A stretch of DNA of 62,853 nucleotides, the filler included, from Stramenopiles sp. TOSAG23-2 (Eukaryota): NCBI GenBank assembly GCA_900128395.1. It is 8 parts of 8 records of this genome, joined end to end, with 100 filler letters (N's around TTAATTAATTAA, not from the genome) between each part and the next. Parts side by side here need not be neighbours in the genome. Positions count along the whole stretch, not along the records: positions 1 to 11,567 come from LT649919.1; 7 more parts are not named here. One strand, 5' to 3'. A program made the position numbers and the translations under genes. The notes beneath the pieces are model-generated. The model did not search any database and was not told the DNA's origin. It saw nothing but the letters and a program-made list of their open reading frames with translations. Below are positions 1 through 11,567 of this stretch, in pieces. The first letter of the stretch is position 1; the number at the start of each line of letters is the position of its first letter.

Positions 1-9
1 AAAAAAGAA

Positions 10-1452
10 ATGGAAAAGAAATATAAAGATCAAATTGAGGTGAATAAAAATAATAATAACAATAGTATACTAGGGAAGAAAAACAATAAAACCAATAATC
101 CATTATTAGGTAAATTGCATAAATTGTCTACCGATGAAGAACATGCAGAGGCAAATAAAAACAATAGCGATGAATCAAAATTATTGAAGAAGATGAAAAA
201 TCTTGCAAATAAACATGGTAAAAACCAAAGTGCAACTAGTGGTATGATTGAAAAAACATTTATTGCATTGATGGATTCAAAAGAATTTCAACGTCGTATA
301 TATCCTGGTTTAGAATTACCAGAAGGATCTAATGCACCAAAAAATTTAAAAGAATTATTAAATGATCCAAGATATCAAAAACCATTAGAAGATGTCATGC
401 CAAAAGTATTGGAAAAAGCTGAAACAGTTTTAACCAATGTGAAGAAAAAAGGTGCTGCAGTTGGTGATATCATGGATTTAGAAACTGAAAATATGTTACG
501 GCCACAAATATTAATGGAAGCATTTGCACGTGAAATTACTGGTGTTGTGAATCGTACTGCTGCAAATGTTGCAAAACAATATGCAATGCTAGCTGCTGAA
601 ATTGCTGATCCAGAAGATGAACGTGCATCGTATGATTTAATAACAGAAAGTGCATTGGCAAATTGGAATAATCCAGACCAAGGATTTTGTGTCATTGATA
701 ATTTCATAAATGAAGTTGATGATGAATATGATGATACATTGGATGAAAATAAAATTGAATGGTCTAAAATTGTACAAAATGATTTAAAACGTTTGTATAA
801 AAATAAGAAATTTATGCCATATTCATATGATAATTATGGTAGACCAGTACAAAATAATAATAACAATGCCATGAACGGGAAACAAAATTCAAAATCAGAT
901 CCTATCATGCCATATATTGCATGGTTAAATTCAAATGATGAAATGAAAGAAAAATACCCAGCAATTTTTGAAATATGTGAATCATTGCAATCATTAGCAT
1001 TTGAATTAAATAAGAAATCAAAAGAAGATTTAAAATTAATAAATCCGACAAATGATCAATTTTTAATTACATATTTACCTGTAGGATGTGAAATGGCACC
1101 AAGATATGATGGACAAAATGGGGATGTACAAAATGGTATTGTCACTACAGCAACATATTTTCCATATGATATGAATAATGGTGATGTATATATGGGTTTA
1201 GCATTAACAAATGGACGTGAAATTAAGATTGATATCAAAACAGAACGTGTTGTATTACATCGCAGTTTAAAAAATATGAATGGAATTAGTAAAATCATGA
1301 AACAAAAGCGTAAAGAAAATATAGAGGAAGAAACAAATTATTTAATTGATAGTGAATGTGATGGATTATTTTACATTTCCGTTTTTTTTTCTTCTAAAAA
1401 AGGTGGTGATCAAATGAAAGAGTATATGAAGAAACATAATATAAAGCGATAA
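10..1452 (+). CDS. PHD/EGLN-like 2OG-Fe(II) oxygenase-fold protein with degenerate catalytic motifs (copy 1; may be 5'-truncated at the scaffold start)
   Basis: 480-aa ORF. The C-terminal half follows EGLN motif order: GFCVIDNFI (cf. GICVVDDFL), YIAWL (ITWI), LITYLPVGCEMAPRYDGQNGD ([22 protein letters not shown]), VTTATYF (VTCIYYL), IKTERVVLHRS (PKFDRLLFFWS), FYISVFF (RYAITVWY). Confidence 0.6.
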   Translation: MEKKYKDQIEVNKNNNNNSILGKKNNKTNNPLLGKLHKLSTDEEHAEANKNNSDESKLLKKMKNLANKHGKNQSATSGMIEKTFIALMDSKEFQRRIYPGLELPEGSNAPKNLKELLNDPRYQKPLEDVMPKVLEKAETVLTNVKKKGAAVGDIMDLETENMLRPQILMEAFAREITGVVNRTAANVAKQYAMLAAEIADPEDERASYDLITESALANWNNPDQGFCVIDNFINEVDDEYDDTLDENKIEWSKIVQNDLKRLYKNKKFMPYSYDNYGRPVQNNNNNAMNGKQNSKSDPIMPYIAWLNSNDEMKEKYPAIFEICESLQSLAFELNKKSKEDLKLINPTNDQFLITYLPVGCEMAPRYDGQNGDVQNGIVTTATYFPYDMNNGDVYMGLALTNGREIKIDIKTERVVLHRSLKNMNGISKIMKQKRKENIEEETNYLIDSECDGLFYISVFFSSKKGGDQMKEYMKKHNIKR

Positions 1453-1614
1453 AAAAAAGGACGCATATGTAATATAATATCTTGATATATCTCACATAAA
1501 TTTTTATTTTATATATATATATGAAGTATTATATTTTTTTTTAAATCTCTAAAAACGCGCACACACCACACAATATAAAGTATTATGATAGCTACTTTCG
1601 TAAAATTTAAAAAT

Positions 1615-2640
1615 TTAATTAATTTTTGCATTTGAGAAATCCATCTCTGGATGTTGATCCATAAATTTCTTTAGCATATCATTCTTTTTTTGTTCATCAC
1701 TTGTTGGTTTACCAGCTGCTTTTTGTCGCTGATCAAACATCATTTTCTCCACCGTTTGGCGTGTTTCACCATCTAAATCACTTAATTTTGAATTTTCTGG
1801 CACAATCTTTTTCGTATTAATTTCTGGACCACCTTTAACTACACTTCTCCACCATTCCATTTGATTATCTTTTAATAAATATAAAACAATATCACGACCT
1901 TCATCACTATCTTCCAATGTCCAAGTACATTCATCTGGTCGAATTTTATTGAAAAATTCACCTTTTAACAACGCTGGTTTACCTTTCATACCAATTTCAC
2001 ATTTATTCGAATTGTATGTAACATTGACATGTTTACCTTTAGTACCAGATGGTACATGTACATAAATAGTAGTTTCTTTTAATGTTTGAATCCAACGATA
2101 TTCATCAGTTTCACCACCGTTACCTTCTGGTTTAGGTGTGCCATCATCATCGGAATCTTCATCTTCTTCCTCTTCTTTTGGTTTTGCTTCTTCTCCTTTG
2201 GACTCATCATCTTTTTTAACAACTGCGTTGTTGCTAGTATCCTCATCATCATCTTCAAGGATCTCAATTTCTGGGCCATCTTTAGTAGACAATGCAGCAG
2301 CTTCACGTGCTTTTTTCCTTTCCGCACGTTTTTTTTTACCATTTTCTTCTGCTAAACGCCGTTTTTCTTCCTCACGTCTTAATTGTTTTGCTTGTTTTTC
2401 TTGTGCAATACGCCGTTGTTCATCTTGTTTCTTACGTATTTTACCAGCTTCTTTGACATACCTGGATACTACATTATTAATAATTTCCTCTGCTTTTCCT
2501 TCTTCCGCACCAGTGAAAAAATCAGTTTTACGTTGTAAAAATGAAAAGAATGTATGTAATAATGATTCTACACCACCACCATTTGCAGTATGTTGTTGTG
2601 CAATGGATAATAATACTGGATCAAATCGTTGTTGTGCCAT
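1615..2640 (-). CDS. NUDC: Nuclear distribution protein C (NudC), copy 1
   Basis: N-terminal FDPVLLSIAQQH...FFSFLQRKTDFF, CS/p23 domain (GNGGETDEYRWIQTL...WW..V..G.PEINTKKIVPENSKLSDLDGETRQTVEKMMFDQRQK), C-terminal FMDQHPEMDFS. The true start is the ATG at 2640, as in copy 2. Confidence 0.96.
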   Translation of the reverse strand: MAQQRFDPVLLSIAQQHTANGGGVESLLHTFFSFLQRKTDFFTGAEEGKAEEIINNVVSRYVKEAGKIRKKQDEQRRIAQEKQAKQLRREEEKRRLAEENGKKKRAERKKAREAAALSTKDGPEIEILEDDDEDTSNNAVVKKDDESKGEEAKPKEEEEDEDSDDDGTPKPEGNGGETDEYRWIQTLKETTIYVHVPSGTKGKHVNVTYNSNKCEIGMKGKPALLKGEFFNKIRPDECTWTLEDSDEGRDIVLYLLKDNQMEWWRSVVKGGPEINTKKIVPENSKLSDLDGETRQTVEKMMFDQRQKAAGKPTSDEQKKNDMLKKFMDQHPEMDFSNAKIN

Positions 2641-2834
2641 GTTTTTATATGATGATGTTTTATAATAAATACTATAACAATTTTTTATTGTATCTTCTAT
2701 ATGTAGTATATCTATCTTTTTTACTTTTTTCCCCGACTTCAATTTTTTCAACTCAAAAGTTTTATTATTATTTTTGTTAATTTAATGTATTCAAATCTTT
2801 TTGAAAAGTTTTATTATTATTATTATACACAGAA

Positions 2835-2886
2835 GAATGCTGGAATTAGAATGCTGGAATGCTGGAATGCTGGAATGCCGGAATGC
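2835..2886 (+). repeat. Short tandem (GAATGCTG)n array at the duplication junction
   Basis: gaatgctg gaatta gaatgctg gaatgctg gaatgctg gaatgccg gaatgc lies immediately before the start of copy 2. Confidence 0.85.
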
Positions 2887-2895
2887 AAAAAAGAA

Positions 2896-4338
2896 ATGGA
2901 AAAGAAATATAAAGATCAAATTGAGGTGAATAAAAATAATAATAACAATAGTATACTAGGGAAGAAAAACAATAAAACCAATAATCCATTATTAGGTAAA
3001 TTGCATAAATTGTCTACCGATGAAGAACATGCAGAGGCAAATAAAAACAATAGCGATGAATCAAAATTATTGAAGAAGATGAAAAATCTTGCAAATAAAC
3101 ATGGTAAAAACCAAAGTGCAACTAGTGGTATGATTGAAAAAACATTTATTGCATTGATGGATTCAAAAGAATTTCAACGTCGTATATATCCTGGTTTAGA
3201 ATTACCAGAAGGATCTAATGCACCAAAAAATTTAAAAGAATTATTAAATGATCCAAGATATCAAAAACCATTAGAAGATGTCATGCCAAAAGTATTGGAA
3301 AAAGCTGAAACAGTTTTAACCAATGTGAAGAAAAAAGGTGCTGCAGTTGGTGATATCATGGATTTAGAAACTGAAAATATGTTACGGCCACAAATATTAA
3401 TGGAAGCATTTGCACGTGAAATTACTGGTGTTGTGAATCGTACTGCTGCAAATGTTGCAAAACAATATGCAATGCTAGCTGCTGAAATTGCTGATCCAGA
3501 AGATGAACGTGCATCGTATGATTTAATAACAGAAAGTGCATTGGCAAATTGGAATAATCCAGACCAAGGATTTTGTGTCATTGATAATTTCATAAATGAA
3601 GTTGATGATGAATATGATGATACATTGGATGAAAATAAAATTGAATGGTCTAAAATTGTACAAAATGATTTAAAACGTTTGTATAAAAATAAGAAATTTA
3701 TGCCATATTCATATGATAATTATGGTAGACCAGTACAAAATAATAATAACAATGCCATGAACGGGAAACAAAATTCAAAATCAGATCCTATCATGCCATA
3801 TATTGCATGGTTAAATTCAAATGATGAAATGAAAGAAAAATACCCAGCAATTTTTGAAATATGTGAATCATTGCAATCATTAGCATTTGAATTAAATAAG
3901 AAATCAAAAGAAGATTTAAAATTAATAAATCCGACAAATGATCAATTTTTAATTACATATTTACCTGTAGGATGTGAAATGGCACCAAGATATGATGGAC
4001 AAAATGGGGATGTACAAAATGGTATTGTCACTACAGCAACATATTTTCCATATGATATGAATAATGGTGATGTATATATGGGTTTAGCATTAACAAATGG
4101 ACGTGAAATTAAGATTGATATCAAAACAGAACGTGTTGTATTACATCGCAGTTTAAAAAATATGAATGGAATTAGTAAAATCATGAAACAAAAGCGTAAA
4201 GAAAATATAGAGGAAGAAACAAATTATTTAATTGATAGTGAATGTGATGGATTATTTTACATTTCCGTTTTTTTTTCTTCTAAAAAAGGTGGTGATCAAA
4301 TGAAAGAGTATATGAAGAAACATAATATAAAGCGATAA
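2896..4338 (+). CDS. PHD/EGLN-like pseudo-oxygenase (copy 2)
   Basis: Translation identical to 10..1452. The extension from 2785 in the ORF track runs through AT-rich and repeat sequence. Confidence 0.6.
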   Translation: MEKKYKDQIEVNKNNNNNSILGKKNNKTNNPLLGKLHKLSTDEEHAEANKNNSDESKLLKKMKNLANKHGKNQSATSGMIEKTFIALMDSKEFQRRIYPGLELPEGSNAPKNLKELLNDPRYQKPLEDVMPKVLEKAETVLTNVKKKGAAVGDIMDLETENMLRPQILMEAFAREITGVVNRTAANVAKQYAMLAAEIADPEDERASYDLITESALANWNNPDQGFCVIDNFINEVDDEYDDTLDENKIEWSKIVQNDLKRLYKNKKFMPYSYDNYGRPVQNNNNNAMNGKQNSKSDPIMPYIAWLNSNDEMKEKYPAIFEICESLQSLAFELNKKSKEDLKLINPTNDQFLITYLPVGCEMAPRYDGQNGDVQNGIVTTATYFPYDMNNGDVYMGLALTNGREIKIDIKTERVVLHRSLKNMNGISKIMKQKRKENIEEETNYLIDSECDGLFYISVFFSSKKGGDQMKEYMKKHNIKR

Positions 4339-4500
4339 AAAAAAGGACGCATATGTAATATAATATCTTGATATATCTCACATAAATTTTTATTTTATAT
4401 ATATATATGAAGTATTATATTTTTTTTTAAATCTCTAAAAACGCGCACACACCACACAATATAAAGTATTATGATAGCTACTTTCGTAAAATTTAAAAAT

Positions 4501-5526
4501 TTAATTAATTTTTGCATTTGAGAAATCCATCTCTGGATGTTGATCCATAAATTTCTTTAGCATATCATTCTTTTTTTGTTCATCACTTGTTGGTTTACCA
4601 GCTGCTTTTTGTCGCTGATCAAACATCATTTTCTCCACCGTTTGGCGTGTTTCACCATCTAAATCACTTAATTTTGAATTTTCTGGCACAATCTTTTTCG
4701 TATTAATTTCTGGACCACCTTTAACTACACTTCTCCACCATTCCATTTGATTATCTTTTAATAAATATAAAACAATATCACGACCTTCATCACTATCTTC
4801 CAATGTCCAAGTACATTCATCTGGTCGAATTTTATTGAAAAATTCACCTTTTAACAACGCTGGTTTACCTTTCATACCAATTTCACATTTATTCGAATTG
4901 TATGTAACATTGACATGTTTACCTTTAGTACCAGATGGTACATGTACATAAATAGTAGTTTCTTTTAATGTTTGAATCCAACGATATTCATCAGTTTCAC
5001 CACCGTTACCTTCTGGTTTAGGTGTGCCATCATCATCGGAATCTTCATCTTCTTCCTCTTCTTTTGGTTTTGCTTCTTCTCCTTTGGACTCATCATCTTT
5101 TTTAACAACTGCGTTGTTGCTAGTATCCTCATCATCATCTTCAAGGATCTCAATTTCTGGGCCATCTTTAGTAGACAATGCAGCAGCTTCACGTGCTTTT
5201 TTCCTTTCCGCACGTTTTTTTTTACCAATTTCTTCTGCTAAACGCCGTTTTTCTTCCTCACGTCTTAATTGTTTTGCTTGTTTTTCTTGTGCAATACGCC
5301 GTTGTTCATCTTGTTTCTTACGTATTTTACCAGCTTCTTTGACATACCTGGATACTACATTATTAATAATTTCCTCTGCTTTTCCTTCTTCCGCACCAGT
5401 GAAAAAATCAGTTTTACGTTGTAAAAATGAAAAGAATGTATGTAATAATGATTCTACACCACCACCATTTGCAGTATGTTGTTGTGCAATGGATAATAAT
5501 ACTGGATCAAATCGTTGTTGTGCCAT
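4501..5526 (-). CDS. NUDC: NudC, copy 2
   Basis: 341 aa, identical to copy 1 except one N/I substitution. Confidence 0.96.
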   Translation of the reverse strand: MAQQRFDPVLLSIAQQHTANGGGVESLLHTFFSFLQRKTDFFTGAEEGKAEEIINNVVSRYVKEAGKIRKKQDEQRRIAQEKQAKQLRREEEKRRLAEEIGKKKRAERKKAREAAALSTKDGPEIEILEDDDEDTSNNAVVKKDDESKGEEAKPKEEEEDEDSDDDGTPKPEGNGGETDEYRWIQTLKETTIYVHVPSGTKGKHVNVTYNSNKCEIGMKGKPALLKGEFFNKIRPDECTWTLEDSDEGRDIVLYLLKDNQMEWWRSVVKGGPEINTKKIVPENSKLSDLDGETRQTVEKMMFDQRQKAAGKPTSDEQKKNDMLKKFMDQHPEMDFSNAKIN

Positions 5527-5899
5527 GTTTTTATATGATGATGTTTTATAATAAATACTATAATAATATTTTATTGTTTCTTCTAAATGTAGTATATCTA
5601 TCTCTTTTTTATTTTTTTTCTCTGACTACAATTTTTTTTGACTCAAAAAGTTTTAATTATTATTTTTATTTATTTCATGTATTATTCAAATCTTTTCTGT
5701 TTTGAAAAGTTTTATTTTTTGATGATTTACAAGTACCACTGGTGGTAGATTGTTGTGGTGCTGGCCAGCTGGCTGGTGCAACCTGGATGGTAACGCAAAA
5801 AATAACACCATTTCCCTTAAAAGATGAAATAAGCAATGTTCAAAATAATAGCTTTAAGAGGTACCTGACCTAAAAGCTTAAGGTATGATCCAACAACAA

Positions 5900-6604
5900 T
5901 CATACCATTTGAAGTAACCATACATACATGGTATAATGATTCTTTTCCATACCTGCCATTTTTATCCAATAACAATCCCTTGGAATCTCCACTACTTTGG
6001 ATGTTGGACTATATGCCTCTGGTGATGTTGGTGAAGCTGAAGTCTCCAGTTGTGTATGCCGACGAAGACTCCGCATGCAACGGTTTAGTTTCTCCCCAAC
6101 TATTGAACGAAACGGTATCCCAAATAACTCCACCAGCTCCTTGTATTGTTCCGGGCTAACGGGTACCAGTACTTCTTCGGTGTACATTGCATATTGATTG
6201 TTACCACCTTTGGCACTTCTTTCTAAATCCAATAATCTTTCATTCATTACTGAAACCAGCCTTTTTTTTACTTCAAATAAACCATTCCAGTCCAACTGCT
6301 TGTTCTCCTCCTGCAACTGATAGTCCAAGGAATGCAAATTTTCCACTTGTTTTTTCATTACATTCATTGCATATGCATTGCTTTTTTGCAGTTTCTGGTA
6401 TAACTTTTTGTGTGCTCTAATGGAGTGGAACAACAACTGTAGTTCACTTTTCAACGGGTTCAGGTACACACTATAGCGATTGTTCCAATTAAGATACTTT
6501 GACAAAAAATTATGCCTTGCTTGTCCATCTAAACCTGCACTTTGCTTGTGAAAATTTAACAATGCCTCCTGCTCACATTGTTTCACACCTTCAACCTCTT
6601 CCAT
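5900..6604 (-). CDS. Hypothetical protein (orphan family; diverged paralog at ~7000-7279)
   Basis: 234-aa ORF with higher GC than its flanks; a homologous segment lies nearby on the opposite strand. Confidence 0.55.
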   Translation of the reverse strand: MEEVEGVKQCEQEALLNFHKQSAGLDGQARHNFLSKYLNWNNRYSVYLNPLKSELQLLFHSIRAHKKLYQKLQKSNAYAMNVMKKQVENLHSLDYQLQEENKQLDWNGLFEVKKRLVSVMNERLLDLERSAKGGNNQYAMYTEEVLVPVSPEQYKELVELFGIPFRSIVGEKLNRCMRSLRRHTQLETSASPTSPEAYSPTSKVVEIPRDCYWIKMAGMEKNHYTMYVWLLQMV

Positions 6605-6998
6605 TGCCTTGTTGAATAGATGCTGTATACACTCATCTTCATTAACACTATTTTTTCAGTACACAGCGTTTTGCATGTGTACACCGCCCCATTAAAGGTG
6701 GTCCCCACACCCATCAGCTGGCATTTAATGTTAGTGACATAAATAAACCAGCCATCTCCCAAAAGAATCTGCAAGGTCTAGGAAAGGTAAAAAAAATAGC
6801 AATAAATGATTTTATAAAAATTTATCATATTGTGAATGTTGTGTGTCTGTATACATATGTAGAAAAAAAGGAAAAAAAATCAACATTAAAAACTTGATAT
6901 ATGTTATATTGTTAATCAGATAGATATTGGTCAGTTTGTTATACCTTGAGTATATTAATATATAAAATAATGGGCAACAATGAAGAAAATTGTGAAGA

Positions 6999-7279
6999 AT
7001 GGCTGGAGGAGGTGGAATCAAATATTTTATTGTATTGGTACCAATGACACAGGATGACTACAGCAGTTGATGCAGATGTTTGGGGTACCATTTCGGTCGG
7101 TAGATACAAGTGTAAGTGGGTACATGGTGAATATGCACATGAAGCAAGCCAGGCTTGTGCATAATTTAGCAGAATCGTCGTTTGAGTGGAAATTTTTTTA
7201 TGCGATGGTCTATCATTGGTTTGGGTTCAGTCATCCTGTGGGAAAAAAGTGGTATAATATTGCTGGATTGCAATCATAG
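6999..7279 (+). pseudogene. Frameshifted paralog fragment of the 5900..6604 protein
   Basis: VLVPMTQDDY(x)QLMQMFGVPFRSV aligns with VLVPVSPEQYKELVELFGIPFRSI if one base is restored at 7062; downstream WYNIAGLQ resembles WIKMAGME. Confidence 0.6.
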
Positions 7280-7887
7280 AGGCCGATTTCTGTCTATTTT
7301 TGAGAACAATGCTATTCNNNNNNNNNNNNNNNNNNNNNNNNNNNNNNNNNNNNNNNNNNNNNNNNNNNNNNNNNNNNNNNNNNNNNNNNAATAAAATATT
7401 GTAGTGTAATAAATAGGTTTAAAAACCACCTCATTATAGCAGGTAGTAGTAGCTATTTGGAATTTATAGTAGGTTTAAAATCGATAATAAAATGATATAA
7501 TTTACATTATTATCTAAAGACATATTATTCTACATTTTATTTATAAACTCGGTAATTTATATTTTTCTATTTCCAAAACGAGAATTGAAACTGGACAATC
7601 TGTATTTTAAACGTTATGCAATTAGCTTTCGTAAAATCACACTTTCAGTTATTTATTTTTAGAACATAAAATTAAAACCATATTTCTATTAATTATTCTA
7701 CAGGTAAATACCATTACAACCACCTTCTTCGTTAATAAAACATATATTATTCAACAGGATAGTTAATATAAGAAATACTCTATACATATATGAACAGATC
7801 AATAATATAATCGATTTACAAAGAAACCAATTCTACTGTTATTCCTTTTTTTTTTGTTTGTTTAGTTGTTCAAGCGCAAACGAAATT

Positions 7888-10800
7888 ATGGCGAATAGGA
7901 GACAATTGGATAACGAACGCCCGGATGGTAGACCAATTGAAGGGTTTGTACGGATTGATCCTACCGATGGTGGTGGTGGAAATAATGACGATTTAGATAT
8001 AAGTAAAGATTTTAAAACACTGACGTTAATTATTAACTCGGAGGAAAAAAAATCAAAAGTCAAGCAAGTATTGGCATCAGATAGTACGACACGGCAATTT
8101 TATGATCAAAGTATTAGGATCAAAGTGAAAGATGTTGCCATGGGTCAAAATTTATCTGTATTATTAGTTGGTAGTTCCAAAACATCGAAACGCCAAACGT
8201 TTGAAGAAATTGTACCAGTATTTATTGAAGCGTTAGCAAACGAAATGATAAATATAAGCAACCAAGCAAAAAATGAAGGTGCTAAATTATCTTTTTTATG
8301 TGGTGCTACGTATGTAGAAATTATCGATGAAGTCGTGCATGATTTATTAAAAACAGATAATTTAAATTTACTAGTAGATGAAAGCCCTGTACGTGGTTAT
8401 GAGCCAGATGGATGTTCATACAAAGGTCCTTATAACGATTTACGACAGTTAAAAAATGATTTTGCAAGAGGTAACGGAAATCGGGAAACTGGACAAATGG
8501 ATTTTGGACTGGCATCTGTATTTTCAACTGCTGTATTTTCAATGGATGTGACAAGTTTCGTACGAATGCCAAATGGAAACAGTGATGTATACAAAAGCAG
8601 AGTTATCTTTGCGGAAATGCCTGGTACAGAATCATTAGCAAATGATGCTGCAACTCTTGCTCAACGACAAGGTGCTAATTTAAATAAATCATTAAAACAA
8701 TTTCAAAATGTTTCCAGAGCATTGGCTAATCCAAAAAGCGATGAAGCGGATTTTGCACGATTTGCTTGTAACAGCAAAGCAACGCATTTACTTGCAGAGG
8801 CATTGGGTGGCAATTCCAATACATGCATTTTAGGATTTTGTAGGCAAGGTAATTCGAAAGGTAGTGAACAAACATTGAATTTATTAAATCTTTTACAAAG
8901 AGCAACGACATATCCACTGGATCAAAATAATAATATGGTACAAGGTTATACACGGTTGTTACGTATACGTATCAAAGAGAAAGATTCACAAGTTCATATG
9001 GCTGCAATGGGTAAAGGTTTTGGTGTGGACGACAAAGAAAAAAATATACAACGTTTAAAAGACGATGTCGAAAGATTGAAAGAAAAAGGTGTGAAAGATA
9101 AATTAGAAATATTAAAATTGCGTGAGGATAATAAACTTGTTTATCAAAAATTACAAGAATTCCGTAAAAAATACAATGAATTAGTCAATAGCAAAGCATC
9201 GTTACAAGAACAATTATTGAAATCGGAAGAAGAAAAATTACGTATTTCGAAAGCTCTTGTTGATTTACAAATTGAAAATAATGATTTAGTTGAACGTTCG
9301 GAAGCAGATAAATACGAATTAGTTACAAAATTATTAAATGCTGAAAATGATATTCTAGAAATGGAAATGAAAGAACAGAAAAAAGTAAGAAGTACGGAAG
9401 ATTTGGAAACAAAAATCAAATCCTTAACAAAAGAGAAAAAGGATTTAGCTATGGAATTTGTTACATTGAAAAATAATTTTGTAAATTTAAATAAAGAGTA
9501 CAAAGCTGAATTAGCTAAAAATGAAGAACTTGGTGTTGAATTGTTAACATTGGTAAATCAAAAAAATGCAATTGAAGCGGAGAAAAAGAATTTAACAGAT
9601 GAAAGAGATGGTTTGAAAAAAGCCAATGTACGTTATACATATATATATATATATATTTAATACCGAGAATGAAAAAACTAACAATTTTATATATTTTATC
9701 ACTTATATACATATACATAATATAGTTGCAATTGAGACAAGAAATTGCAGAAGTTCAAAGTGCTAATCGGGAAACAGAAAATAGATTACGAATGGAACAA
9801 GAACGTACACAAAAATTAACATCTGAAAAAGCTAAAACGGAAATGGCATTGGAAAGAAATAGGGTGGACTTTGAAAAACGTGGTGTGTTATTAGAAAAAA
9901 GTGTTTCTGATTTACAACGTGAACGCGATAGTGAATTGTTAAATATACGTAAGGGTGGAGAAACGGAACAAAAACGATATGAAGAGAAGCAAATGAAATT
10001 GACTAAAAATTTGGGTGATTTAGAAACCAGATTGCGACAAACGCATCGTAAATTAATGGAAAGTGAAAAAAATTTAAGTAAAGCATTGCAAGATAATTCT
10101 GCATTGGATACAGCAAAAAATGCATTAGAAGTACGTGTTAAATCCATGACGGATAATTATCGTAGTAAACTGTTAGAATACTTATCTGAAAATCGTAGTG
10201 AAGGCCAAGGCGAAGAGCAACGACAATCTATTGTAAATGAAATGACACAAACATTCAAAGTTAATGAGGAACGCATGAATAGGCAGCTTTCAGAGGCAAG
10301 AAGGGAAGGCCATAATTTAATGTTACAAAATCGTGCTATTTATTCACAATACAAAGAATTAAGAAATCGTTTGGAAGATATTGATCCTACTAATAGATCA
10401 CAATTGCCACCTGAACCAAGTCGTGAACAATTTGTTGCAACGTTAAGTGAACGTGAGCAAGAATATGAACATCAACTAAATCAATTGAGAGAACGTTTAA
10501 GACAACAAACAATTGAGTTAACAACTTCGAAAGAAAAAAGTGTAGAGTCTGCTGAAACATTCCGTAAAATGTTGAAAGGTGTTGAAAAACAAAATGCTGA
10601 TTTGAATGGTGATAATAAATTATTAAAGCAACAAAAAGAGCATTTAGAGAAAGAATTAGAAATCATGGCAAGTAGCGGTGGTGGTGGTGGCGGCGGATCC
10701 GATGTAAATACAGCTAGGGCATTGAAACAATTAAAATCATTACAAGAAAATTTAATGCAGCAAATGGCAGATTTAAGACGTACTGGTGTACCAACTACTG

Positions 10801-11318
10801 GACATGTAGATGGTGGCGGCAATGTTGGTGGTGGTGCTGATCCAGTCGCCTTGGCCAATGCGAGAGAAGATGCTAGAAAAGCACGTGCGGAAGTTAAAGA
10901 AATGGAATTGCGTTTAATGGAAGCAAATAGAAAAGTAAATTCTTCCCAATCTGGTGGTGGTGGTGCAGTTCAAGCAAGTAATACCGGTGGCGGTGGTGAT
11001 AATACTGAATTGGTCACATTGAAAGCACAAGTAGAACAAGAACGTTTGCAAGCTGAAATTGATTCCTTAAGAAAGCAAATCGTAGTTGCTCAAGGTGAAA
11101 ATGTTGCTGCTGGTAAATATAGTGATGATCCAAATAAACGTGCAGCTGAATTAATGACTAGAAATGCTGTTATTGAAGAAGAGTTGAAAAATTACCAAGC
11201 TTATATGAAAAATGCACAAATGAAGTTTACAAAAACTGTTAAAAAATTAAAAACACACTTGTCATTTTGGAAAAAGAAGGCCGTTGCTGCGGGAGTTAGT
11301 CCTGATTTGAAACCATAA
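7888..11318 (+). CDS. CCDC78: CCDC78-like centriolar protein with degenerate N-terminal kinesin-like domain; exons 7888-9627 and 9726-11318
   Basis: Kinesin-like motifs (FVRIDP, YVEIIDEVVHDLL, LNKSL, SKATHLLAEALGGNSNT), DUF4472-like EEEKLRISKALVDLQIENNDLVERSEADKYELVTKLL, CCDC78-like C-terminus LMTRNAVIEEELKNYQAYM. A phase-0 intron 9628-9725 (GTACGT...TATAG) joins the two ORFs in frame. Confidence 0.75.
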
Positions 11319-11567
11319 CACAGAAGGTGCATCATATTTTGTGTGTTGTAATGTTGAAGTGATTTTTTTTACATTATAATATGATACGAGCTTCGTATCA
11401 TACTTAAAGAGAGTACGCGTAGGTGAGATAAAACATACGTACGAATACAAATTACTCGTGTAATATATAGTATATAATCTATAACTTTAAATATTTGTTG
11501 ACATACTAGAAAAATCTTGCTTAGACATGGATACTGCAATTGCTAAATTCAATCTATCTTCCTCTGT

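Larger units (their letters stand above)
1..5720. repeat. Tandem duplication, 2886-bp period (PHD-like gene + NudC)
   Basis: 1-2675 matches 2887-5561 almost exactly; the one coding difference I saw is NudC EENG vs EEIG. The ~160 bp further upstream of NudC differ by many substitutions and indels. Confidence 0.95.

Noticed and set aside
2138-2665. Antisense and overlapping ORFs (e.g. 2138-2665, 5024-5551, 27530-28057, 46726-47298, 60014-60484)
   Set aside because: They are shadow frames of real genes with biased or repetitive codons and carry no independent motifs.
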